A stretch of DNA of 64,000 bases from Puia sp. (GCA_965214575.1 CBDCCE010000017.1:30256-94255), one strand, 5' to 3'; counted from the stretch's first letter, positions 10,744 through 17,757 are shown. Notes: a model not told the origin generated them from the sequence alone. Program-made: numbers and translations.

Positions 10744-10765
10744 TTTGATAGAACTTTAAATAAAA

Positions 10766-10791
10766 CCCTGGAGATCAGCTGATTTCCAGGG
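10766..10791. terminator. Bidirectional hairpin between the convergent lipoprotein ORF and lipA
   Basis: CCCTGGAgATCAGCTGATtTCCAGGG is a near-perfect palindrome. It lies between the two convergent 3' ends. Confidence 0.6.
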
Positions 10792-10795
10792 TTAT

Positions 10796-11803
10796 TCATT
10801 TTAAATACTGCCGAAATAAACTATACAGTATCCAGCAGCAAAAACGAAAGTGTAAACTGCATTTATCAGCTTTGAGCGGCGAGTTCTTTTTCCTGCAGCC
10901 AGAGGTTTCTGCCAAAATTCGGAAAACATGTCTTTCACTATGATAGGAAGAGCGCACCAGCGGCCCGCTTTCCACATAATCCAGTCCCAGCTGGTAGCCG
11001 ATTTCCCGGAACTCAGCAAATTCATCCGGATGAACAAAACGATCCACCGGCAGATGTTTTTTGGTAGGCTGGAGATACTGACCAATGGTAATGACATCCA
11101 CTCCGCTATTAGCCAGGTCTTTTATGGTTTGTATGACTTCTTCTTTTTTTTCACCCAGTCCCAGCATAATTCCGCTCTTGGTGCGCATGCCGCCTTTTTT
11201 GAGTATCTGGAGGGTTTGCATACTTCTCCAGTAACGGGCCTGGATGCGAACCTGTTTGGTAAGCCTTTCCACCGTTTCAATATTGTGGGATACCACTTCC
11301 GGGGCGACTTCAACGATACGCCGGATATTTTCTGATTCGCCTTTGAAATCAGGAATGAGGGTTTCCAGTGTAGTATCGGGATTGAGTGATTTCACCGCGC
11401 GAATCGTATTCTGCCAGATAATACTTCCTCCGTCTTTGATTTCATCTCTGTCCACCGAAGTAATGACCGCATGTTTCACTTTCATCAGGTGAATGGCTTC
11501 CGCCACACGTTGTGGCTCATCCCAATCCACCGGCAGAGGTCTGCCCGTGGCAACCGCACAGAATCCGCAGCTTCGGGTACAAATATTTCCCAGAATCATA
11601 AAGGTAGCTGTGCCTGCGCCCCAGCACTCGCCCATATTGGGGCAATTACCGCTTTCGCAGATGGTGTGCAGTTTATGCTGGTCCACCAGGTTTCTGACCT
11701 GTTTGAAATTTTCCCCTATAGGAAGTTTAACCCTAAGCCAGCTGGGCTTTTTGATCCTTGTTTCTGAATCTGTGGATGAAATAACGGGAAGTTCCTGCAT
11801 CAT
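10796..11803 (-). CDS. lipA: Lipoyl synthase (radical SAM)
   Basis: 335 aa. It has the [12 protein letters not shown] and CTRSCGFC cysteine clusters and SSYHSERH near the usual C-terminus. The ORF continues about 40 aa beyond that point. Confidence 0.9.
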   Translation of the reverse strand: MMQELPVISSTDSETRIKKPSWLRVKLPIGENFKQVRNLVDQHKLHTICESGNCPNMGECWGAGTATFMILGNICTRSCGFCAVATGRPLPVDWDEPQRVAEAIHLMKVKHAVITSVDRDEIKDGGSIIWQNTIRAVKSLNPDTTLETLIPDFKGESENIRRIVEVAPEVVSHNIETVERLTKQVRIQARYWRSMQTLQILKKGGMRTKSGIMLGLGEKKEEVIQTIKDLANSGVDVITIGQYLQPTKKHLPVDRFVHPDEFAEFREIGYQLGLDYVESGPLVRSSYHSERHVFRILAETSGCRKKNSPLKADKCSLHFRFCCWILYSLFRQYLK

Positions 11804-11816
11804 GAGGCAAAATTAA

Positions 11817-11835
11817 TCACTTTCGCTTGCCAAAC
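11817..11835 (+). repeat. Left att core (direct repeat copy 1)
   Basis: TCACTTTCGCTTGCCAAAC is identical 19/19 to 27586-27604. The flanking bases differ on both sides (a|..|t versus t|..|a). Confidence 0.85.
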
Positions 11836-11873
11836 TTGTAAAATCAATACCATAGCCGCTTTCAGCGTTTCGA

Positions 11874-11899
11874 GGTACATTCAAGGTACAAGATTGGGC
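11874..11899 (+). promoter_or_regulatory. Candidate arm-type recombinase/regulator binding repeat (left end)
   Basis: GGTACATTCAAGGTACAAGATTGGGC resembles AGTACGTTCAGGGTACAAGATAAGGC at 27444-27469 (20 of 26 identical, same orientation). Both contain GTACAAGAT. Confidence 0.4.
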
Positions 11900-12164
11900 G
11901 CTAAAGTGAGGTTTAAAAAAATAAAGTTACGGTGAAATGGACAAAATCTATACGCTGCAAAACCTGCTGCATATTTATATACAAATAGTAGGAAACTTTT
12001 TTATGACCGTATCCTTATCCAAATTTGGCATTTAAAAAATTGTTTAAGACGCGATTATGGACCAATGGGAACTCGATTGAATATCATTCCCAAAAACGTC
12101 TAAAAGCCTTTACAGACGTGATTTTTATCCACTTTACCAAAATATTTTTTGCGGAGAGGCAAGG

Positions 12165-12467
12165 AAAATCTGTGCATAAATCAGAGGACTGAATACAGGC
12201 TTGACATACAGAATTTATCAACCAGGTTTTTCCACAGGTGTGGAAAAGGAAGAGGCGGAAATCTGAAAAGGAAAAAATACTTTCGGTATAGACAGAAAGC
12301 TGCCTGGTTGCAACAGACAGCAATTTGTATATCCCTAAGTTCGGTACTTTTTGCCGGAATCCACATTAGAGATATGGACTGCGGCTAGGATCATTACCTC
12401 GACCGTAAACGCTATCAAGGTGATTTAGTAAGCACAACGGGTATCATTTCTATGATGCCCGTTTTTT
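12165..12467 (+). ncRNA. Candidate island-encoded structured RNA (about 300 nt, class unknown; 5' end uncertain)
   Basis: There is no credible ORF here. Nested helices are visible:
- 12206-12215 pairs with 12322-12330 (ATACAgAATT/AATTTGTAT).
- 12219-12226 pairs with 12303-12310 (CAACCAGG/CCTGGTTG, 8/8).
- A hairpin at 12228-12247 (TTTTCCAC-aggt-GTGGAAAA).
- A hairpin at 12277-12289 (ATAC-tttcg-GTAT).
- 12393-12399 pairs with 12418-12424.
The region ends in a strong intrinsic terminator. Confidence 0.4.
12438..12467 (+). terminator. Rho-independent terminator
   Basis: The CGGGTATCAT-ttct-ATGATGCCCG stem is 10 bp with one G.U pair. TTTTTT follows. Confidence 0.75.
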
Positions 12468-12618
12468 ATATTGCTAAAATTATATTCTGGAACGTGTGAT
12501 ACCAAGTTTATTTACACGATGTTAATAAAAACGGCATTCTGAGTTTAACAAGCGAAATTTATCCACAGTAGTGCATAACTGGTAATTTTTGATTAAAAAC
12601 TGCACTAAATTTTGACCT

Positions 12619-13008
12619 ATGAAAATAATCCTTTGGTTACTGTTGGTTCCATTTTCTGGGTTCTCACAAAAGCCCAATATCAATACTATAGTTATTCCAG
12701 GAACGACGATGGAAAAGGCAACGATGGTTTTAATTGATAAGGGGTATATGATCGGGGCGGCTACGCCTAATTTGGTCACAACCGTACCTAAAAAATCAGC
12801 AAACCAAATCACAATCGTTTTTCAAATTCTAATACATGATTCAACTGGTTTTCTTCAAGGCACCTATGACGGAAAACAAATAGTGCCAGGTTTGTGGGAG
12901 CATTCAGAATCTTACGCGGGGCACTACAAAGGCGGGTCATTTAAAATAATGGACAGCCTGGCAAAAGCCATTGGCCAACCTGTGACTTACATAAAAAAAG
13001 GTCCATAG
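12619..13008 (+). CDS. Hypothetical secreted protein (island cargo)
   Basis: 129 aa ORF with an N-terminal signal peptide (MKIILWLLLVPFSGFSQKP). I recognise no family. Confidence 0.5.
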   Translation: MKIILWLLLVPFSGFSQKPNINTIVIPGTTMEKATMVLIDKGYMIGAATPNLVTTVPKKSANQITIVFQILIHDSTGFLQGTYDGKQIVPGLWEHSESYAGHYKGGSFKIMDSLAKAIGQPVTYIKKGP

Positions 13009-13206
13009 GAATGTCGGTATTGGCGTAAACCCTACCAGCAGACTACTCGGACCCTCGGAAGATCATACGATTGTTGGGCTGCAAATATATGCCTGGATTT
13101 GTTACGTCCCAATAGTGAAAAACTCTTATGCTGTCGCATTGGATTATTTTTATGTTTTGCTGGAAATTTGGTATTTTCACTTTGCATATTGTCTCAAATT
13201 CATACC

Positions 13207-13234
13207 GGCCCAAGTGTCTACCTGGGCCTTTTTT
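13207..13234 (+). terminator. Rho-independent terminator
   Basis: The GGCCCA-(10 nt)-TGGGCC stem is followed by TTTTTT. Confidence 0.5.
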
Positions 13235-13271
13235 AATCTGTACCGCTGTAAGACTGACAAAATTATAAGCG

Positions 13272-13466
13272 ATGCAACCGGTCCAAACACAAATACAAAT
13301 CGAATTTCTTTTAGCGGAAATTCAACGCCTGGAAAAAGCGCTTGATATTGCCATGAAGAACGACCGTGAGTTGCTTGAAACCAAAAAGCTGCTGCACGAA
13401 ATCAGATTGTTAAGGGAACGGCTTGGCGAGCTGTCAAAGCAAAAAGAAACCGCAAAGGATATTTAA
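13272..13466 (+). CDS. Hypothetical small coiled-coil protein
   Basis: 64 aa ORF with a heptad-like charged/leucine pattern (LLAEIQRLEKALDIAMKNDRELLETKKLLHEIRLLRERLGEL). Confidence 0.35.
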   Translation: MQPVQTQIQIEFLLAEIQRLEKALDIAMKNDRELLETKKLLHEIRLLRERLGELSKQKETAKDI

Positions 13467-13573
13467 AATTCCCTATTTTCATTGTTCATCTCATAAGTTT
13501 GTAAAATCAAATCCATGGCCTTTGTTTCTACAAAGGCCATATTTAGTTTTATATTTGCTAAATATATTAGCAA

Positions 13574-13774
13574 ATGCCAAATTACAAAATAACCATTTAC
13601 CTCAGAAGCGGCAAGAAAATGACCGGCATCCGGTATCATTCATCTCAAGATATTGGTATGATAAAATCGTTTGCAATAGAAAAATTCAAAAAGGCGTTCC
13701 CTCTTGAGCGGCTGGATTATGTGGACGTAGATCCGACTGCGCTCGGTAAGAACATTGACGTTAAAAATCTTTAA
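13574..13774 (+). CDS. Hypothetical small protein
   Basis: 66 aa ORF with an ATG start. I recognise no family. Confidence 0.35.
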   Translation: MPNYKITIYLRSGKKMTGIRYHSSQDIGMIKSFAIEKFKKAFPLERLDYVDVDPTALGKNIDVKNL

Positions 13775-14016
13775 AGCCATTTAAACCGCGCGAGAATTGT
13801 ATGGACAAGTATAAGCCTGCTCTTCTATCGAGATATTGAATTGTGGCGCGTTAAATCGACTATTAGAAGTAGTCGAGACGTTTGCTATGGTACATTGGTT
13901 TTGAAATGGATATGCACAATATGTTAATAAGAAAGTGTAGAATAATTCATCATTTGCGATCTGAGTCCCCTATATATTAGGTAAATTTGTTAAGCTCTTT
14001 TCCATAAAATTATGAA

Positions 14017-14047
14017 TTGGTCTTTATTGACCTTTTTTATAACTTTG
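14017..14047 (+). promoter_or_regulatory. Candidate Bacteroidota-type promoter (-33 TTG / -7 TAACTTTG)
   Basis: TAACTTTG at 14040-14047 fits the TAnnTTTG -7 consensus. A TTG lies 20 nt upstream. The terminator at 14123-14157 lies about 100 nt downstream, which suggests a short transcript. Confidence 0.3.
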
Positions 14048-14122
14048 CACCCTTGTAAGGAAGTAACAACTGAGATCGAAAGTGTATTTTGTTAACAATC
14101 ATTTTTGGTTTTAAAAATTCTG

Positions 14123-14157
14123 AAGCCTGGGGTTGATCTCCCAGGCTTTTGCTGTTT
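14123..14157 (+). terminator. Rho-independent terminator
   Basis: The AAGCCTGGG-(8 nt)-CCCAGGCTT stem is 9 bp and perfect. TTgcTgTTT follows. Confidence 0.55.
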
Positions 14158-14220
14158 CTACAGCGGCCATGAGTCGCCTTGAAGTACTCGATCATGTCAC
14201 ACGAGTAAATTTCAGAAGTT

Positions 14221-14364
14221 ATGCTACCTTACAAGGACCCTGCAGAACCCTGCCGTTGTACAGACGGCATCGTTTATACTCCGTGGATTACTGTAAAAGG
14301 TAAACGCGTATATAAAGGAAAAGGAAAGGTTTTCGCCTTTCCATGTACAAGATGTTCTAAATAA
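14221..14364 (+). CDS. Candidate 47 aa Cys-rich micro-protein (CxC...CxxC)
   Basis: Manual translation gives MLPYKDPAEPCRCTDGIVYTPWITVKGKRVYKGKGKVFAFPCTRCSK, which has four Cys in a zinc-ribbon-like arrangement. A terminator follows directly. Confidence 0.25.
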   Translation: MLPYKDPAEPCRCTDGIVYTPWITVKGKRVYKGKGKVFAFPCTRCSK

Positions 14365-14381
14365 GACGGGTTAGTCCGTAC

Positions 14382-14416
14382 GGGTCCGGCAGGTAAGAAC
14401 TGTCCGGGCCCTTTTT
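14382..14416 (+). terminator. Rho-independent terminator
   Basis: The GGGTCCGG-(14 nt)-CCGGGCCC stem has one G.U pair. TTTTT follows. Confidence 0.55.
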
Positions 14417-14518
14417 ATTAACGGTTTAAATGTACACTTCGATATTGAAGTACCCATATTTATTTTGTTGTGCTAAAATCGTGCCGGTAGCATTATTGAA
14501 ATTCAAGGCGTTATAAAC

Positions 14519-14767
14519 TCACAACCCATAAGCGTCACATATCTGCCGAGATTTCTCGTCGTCAGATAGCAGGGGGCTTTCGTCAACCACGTTAAGAGCT
14601 TCGTATTGACACAGCTCAGAAAATTTTCTGTCTACGTCTTCTGGTTTCCATCCTTTTTTAGCAGCGACTGCATCCGATAACAAGGCAAACAAAACATTCA
14701 CCCTTGCATTTAGGTAAATGTTCTGTTTAATCAATTCCGCTATCGTTTTCTCCAGATTTGTTATCAT
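14519..14767 (-). CDS. Hypothetical protein, last gene of the island minus-strand operon
   Basis: 82 aa ORF. It overlaps the stop of the tape-measure-like gene by 4 nt, which suggests translational coupling. Confidence 0.4.
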   Translation of the reverse strand: MITNLEKTIAELIKQNIYLNARVNVLFALLSDAVAAKKGWKPEDVDRKFSELCQYEALNVVDESPLLSDDEKSRQICDAYGL

Positions 14768-16305
14768 TGTCCTGCAATTATTTGAGAGTCGTTTACCGCT
14801 GATAGCATAACCTGAGTCATAATTTCCTTTATTTTTTTTGATCCTTCATTGATCGTTGTGAACGTATTTTGCATGTGTGGCGCGAGACCTCCGTTAATAG
14901 TTACATGGATAGTGGTGGACTTGTTTCCGACTGTCTTAGCAGCTGCTCCTGTACCTGTGGGGGACGATCCGGCTCCAGCTCCAGGCAAAGCACCTTTTTT
15001 AAACAAGCTCTTTGGAGAATCTGTTTTCTTTTCTTCAGCATGGTCCTTTGCAAAGTCCGCCATACCCTCGGTAAAGCCTTTGTGAAATGCCCCGCCCATC
15101 CTACTGCCAGCGTTAGCGATTGCGCTTATCGTTTGATTTGCGCCTTCGAGAACAAGGGACGGATTAAATGTTAACGTGCCATGTATAACTTTTCCTACTC
15201 CGGTAAACACATCGACCACTATTCGAGCAAACTCTTTCATCGTTTCCCATACTCCCATTAAACCCGCTCTAAATGTTGCAGAGTTCCGATATGCCGCTAT
15301 AAATCCAGCCGCGAGAAGCGCTATGCCACCGACAATTAGCGTGATTGGATTCGCCCAAAATGCCGCGTTTAAGAGCCATTGCGCAACCGTCATTAATTTA
15401 GTTGCTACAGTTGTTGCGACCATAACGGTTTCATAAATTAAAAGGCCTCCAGCCACAATACCTACAGCTACTCCGATAGCGATCAATAGTTCGCGATGTT
15501 TTGACATAAAGCTTATGCTGCCTTGAAAAAGATTTGCAACGCGCTCAAGTATTGGGGCCAATCCGGCCTTAAGTTTCATAACAACTCCGCCAACGCTCAT
15601 TTGTATTGCTCCCATTGTTTTATGATACCTGAAAAGTGGGTCCGAGTCAGCTGCTGCCTTTGCAGATCCGGCGAACTCAGTTTGCAATTCCTTTAAAATC
15701 ATTTTCTGAGCCTCAGCTGCGTGGCCTGTCTCAGCCAATTTTTTAATAATATCGGTCTGAGTTTGATTAAAGTTTACACCAACACGGCGTAGAGCTGTAA
15801 TACCTCTGGCGGGGTCCTGCAATGCTTTGCCGACCATGATCGCGGTTTCATTCAGTCCTTTATGCAGCCTGGTTGACATGTCTAATATCGACTGAGAAGC
15901 ATCGCCGAACGTAGTTTTCGTAACCGACGGAAACGTCAATAACTGCGCCTGCATGTCGGTTATTTCCGCCCTGGAGAATGCAAATTGCTTGGATAATCCT
16001 TTTGCACTTTCCTCTAAACCTTCAAACGTCAATCCTGCTACGCCCCTGGTGCTTTCTAATCCAGCTCGTACCTGCGATTCCGCAAGGTGCAACTCATGAA
16101 ATTTCTCAGCGCCAACTTTTGCATATTCAGCAACCTGGAAACCGCCAAATGCGAGACCAAGTACGCCTACCATACCTAAAGCAGTTTTTTTTATGTTGCT
16201 CATAGTGCCATGAAAGGCATTTGCCTCATGTTCCGCGCTTTTTAATTTACCTGTAAGCAAATCCTTAAGCGTAAGGGTATACTTAACTTCGTGTTCTTGT
16301 GACAT
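14764..16305 (-). CDS. Phage tail tape measure-like protein
   Basis: 513 aa. The segment GKALQDPARGITALRRVGVNFNQTQTDIIKKLAETGHAAEAQKMILKELQTEFAGSAKAAA matches the conserved tape-measure core I know from phage and GTA tape-measure proteins. There is a central block of transmembrane-like helices and a Gly/Ala-rich tail. Confidence 0.7.
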   Translation of the reverse strand: MSQEHEVKYTLTLKDLLTGKLKSAEHEANAFHGTMSNIKKTALGMVGVLGLAFGGFQVAEYAKVGAEKFHELHLAESQVRAGLESTRGVAGLTFEGLEESAKGLSKQFAFSRAEITDMQAQLLTFPSVTKTTFGDASQSILDMSTRLHKGLNETAIMVGKALQDPARGITALRRVGVNFNQTQTDIIKKLAETGHAAEAQKMILKELQTEFAGSAKAAADSDPLFRYHKTMGAIQMSVGGVVMKLKAGLAPILERVANLFQGSISFMSKHRELLIAIGVAVGIVAGGLLIYETVMVATTVATKLMTVAQWLLNAAFWANPITLIVGGIALLAAGFIAAYRNSATFRAGLMGVWETMKEFARIVVDVFTGVGKVIHGTLTFNPSLVLEGANQTISAIANAGSRMGGAFHKGFTEGMADFAKDHAEEKKTDSPKSLFKKGALPGAGAGSSPTGTGAAAKTVGNKSTTIHVTINGGLAPHMQNTFTTINEGSKKIKEIMTQVMLSAVNDSQIIAGQ

Positions 16306-16307
16306 TC

Positions 16308-16694
16308 CTATGAAATTTTATAATCTAATTCTATTATTTGTCTTAATCCTCCAACGCCTCCAGAATACTCAACCGATTTGCATTTATATGTACCGTTGCG
16401 TTCAGGTAAAACTTTGTCTACGAGCTGCACATTATCGCCCTGTCTTACATAAGGAATTCCGAACGTTGTAAACTTTCCGTGAAGTCCATTGTAATAATAT
16501 TTTTTGAGTTCGTTTGTTGCAAGGGCTACAAGCTGGTCTATAGTTGTTGCTCCCAGGTATACCAGGTCCCTTCGTTCGCCGTCAACATTCGGAGGCCAGT
16601 TGTCTGTTGAATTTTTTTTCTGAAATGTTTTTACTCCTTTAGAAGTTAGTGTTACCAAAACCTCTATCCGCTTGAGTTTTGTTTTTTTTTCCAC
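16308..16694 (-). CDS. C-terminal part of a gpD/XkdQ-like tail hub protein (downstream frame of a split gene)
   Basis: 128 aa ORF whose only start is a GTG inside an A9 run. It lies in the +1 frame relative to ORF 16639-17535. The C-terminus (GDNVQLVD..NGTYKCKSVEYSGGVGGLRQIIELDYKIS) resembles the ends of late-control-D-like proteins. Confidence 0.4.
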   Translation of the reverse strand: MEKKTKLKRIEVLVTLTSKGVKTFQKKNSTDNWPPNVDGERRDLVYLGATTIDQLVALATNELKKYYYNGLHGKFTTFGIPYVRQGDNVQLVDKVLPERNGTYKCKSVEYSGGVGGLRQIIELDYKIS

Positions 16695-17535
16695 CTTGTT
16701 TATTGATCTCTCCGGTTTCTTCGGAAATAGTGTTGTGTGCTACAGCGCTCAATACAATTTCGTCTAGCCGCCTATACGTTAACTCGTCTGAAATTATCCC
16801 GCCTTGAATTTGATAAGTTTTAGAATAAGATGGCGGGTTATTAAAAATAAAAACTTTTGTTCCGTCTGCTATTGCGTCCTCTTCATTGTAAACAAAGCTG
16901 CCGCATCTTAACTCGTTACCTCTAAAATATGCTTCAAAATGAAAATCTTTTTTTAATTGCGCGAGTACTTCGCAAATAGTCGTTGAATCAGAACTTCTAT
17001 AAATCCCTACTACGGTTTGTGTTTTTTTACTTACTGTAAAAGGCAGTCCAACAAGAGTTATCATGTCTGCAAGCATGTCCTCTACCGTGCCGGTGTAATT
17101 TTTGTTTGGGGAGTTGGCCTGTTTCAACGTCCACATATTGTCTTCGCACTCAATTTCAATAGGAATTTTACTTGACACTTTCGAAATGTATCCTTCGAAA
17201 ATTGTATTCAGGGGTGCTACTTCATTATGTCTGCTGTCAAAATATTTGTATCCTGCCTGGATAGTAACCTTGTCACCACGCAAAAATAAAGGTGGCGTAT
17301 CTGAGAATCCTCCTATAGACTTGTTGGTTCCAGCAAGTGAATAGCGTCTGCCGTTCTCGTCTGTTACGTAGACTTTTTTGGGGATTACAATTTTAGCTTT
17401 ATCCGTCAACGTCTTCCACGAGCTTTCCGATTCAAAAGTGTGAACAAAATTAAATGTTAACGTTTTATTGCGACCGGGATAATCGGTTGTCGGAGCCTGC
17501 GTAAATGTAATTACAGAAATATTTCTAAACATCAT
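16639..17535 (-). CDS. N-terminal part of a gpD/XkdQ-like tail hub protein
   Basis: 298 aa. The pattern PLFLRGDKVTIQAGY..NTIFEGYISKVSSKIPIEIECEDNMWTLKQ is typical of the phage late control D / XkdQ family. The frame ends 13 codons after the A9 run. Confidence 0.4.
   Translation of the reverse strand: MMFRNISVITFTQAPTTDYPGRNKTLTFNFVHTFESESSWKTLTDKAKIVIPKKVYVTDENGRRYSLAGTNKSIGGFSDTPPLFLRGDKVTIQAGYKYFDSRHNEVAPLNTIFEGYISKVSSKIPIEIECEDNMWTLKQANSPNKNYTGTVEDMLADMITLVGLPFTVSKKTQTVVGIYRSSDSTTICEVLAQLKKDFHFEAYFRGNELRCGSFVYNEEDAIADGTKVFIFNNPPSYSKTYQIQGGIISDELTYRRLDEIVLSAVAHNTISEETGEINKQGGKKNKTQADRGFGNTNF
16682..16690 (-). other. A9 homopolymer (T9 on the plus strand) at the junction of two overlapping frames
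   Basis: The minus strand reads CAA GGT GGA AAA AAA AAC AAA. Removing one A, or a +1/-2 shift, joins the 298 aa ORF to the 128 aa ORF. Confidence 0.8.
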
Positions 17536-17755
17536 TGTCGGAAACGATTGCGCAGCTTATAGCTGCATGTTGCGCGGTGCGTTCGTAGATTTTAAATGTC
17601 TCGCCTGAAATGGTCCTTTTCTTTTCATGGTTCGTATAACTCCCATTATTGTTAAGGCACCAATATTCGATTTTGGGTTCCGTTAATCCCATGCGCGTCA
17701 TCGCGTCAACCAGCGTGTTAGATTCTGGATTTTCTTTTAGTGGTGGGTATAGCAT
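17525..17755 (-). CDS. Hypothetical protein
   Basis: 76 aa ORF, tightly packed with an 11 nt overlap on the downstream gene. Confidence 0.35.
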   Translation of the reverse strand: MLYPPLKENPESNTLVDAMTRMGLTEPKIEYWCLNNNGSYTNHEKKRTISGETFKIYERTAQHAAISCAIVSDNDV

Positions 17756-17757
17756 GA

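Noticed and set aside
10796-10925. The roughly 40 aa C-terminal extension of LipA beyond the usual SSYH..ERH end, as a possible fusion or novel domain
   Set aside because: The extension is Cys/Phe/Arg-rich, looks non-protein-like, and runs up to the terminator hairpin. It is most simply a late stop codon or read-through of 3' UTR. There is no support for a functional domain.
11937-12035. A 32 aa hydrophobic micro-ORF (MDKIYTLQNLLHIYIQIVGNFFMTVSLSKFGI) in the island's left arm as a possible type I toxin
   Set aside because: It rests only on an ATG and a stop. I could not identify a clear promoter, RBS context or antisense partner.
12084-12388. Three mutually overlapping ORFs (79, 79 and 61 aa) on both strands in the island's left arm
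   Set aside because: They use non-ATG or weak starts, overlap each other on both strands, and have Arg/Lys/Cys-rich nonsense-like composition. They also span hairpins and a long-range helix set. The region is better explained as structured RNA than as coding sequence.
12165-12467. Identity of the structured region as RNase P RNA, tmRNA, 6S RNA, SRP RNA or a riboswitch
   Set aside because: Diagnostic motifs are absent. I found no GAGGAAAGUCC P4 strand, no tmRNA tag ORF or TCCACCA 3' end, no SRP GGAA/AGCA domain IV motif, and no 6S-like single long bulged hairpin. I left it unclassified.
11804-12618. A tRNA or tmRNA gene as the integration target (also checked at 27423-27585)
   Set aside because: I scanned both island ends for T-arm (GGTTCGAATCC-like), acceptor/CCA and tmRNA 3' motifs and found none. 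The att repeat instead overlaps the 3' end of a protein-coding gene.
16676-16694. A canonical -1 programmed frameshift (A AAA AAC heptamer) of the lambda G/GT tail-chaperone type
   Set aside because: The heptamer is present, but the downstream ORF is in the +1 (equivalently -2) frame, not -1. At 298 aa plus a 123 aa extension, the proteins are also much larger than G/GT chaperones and look like a split hub protein.
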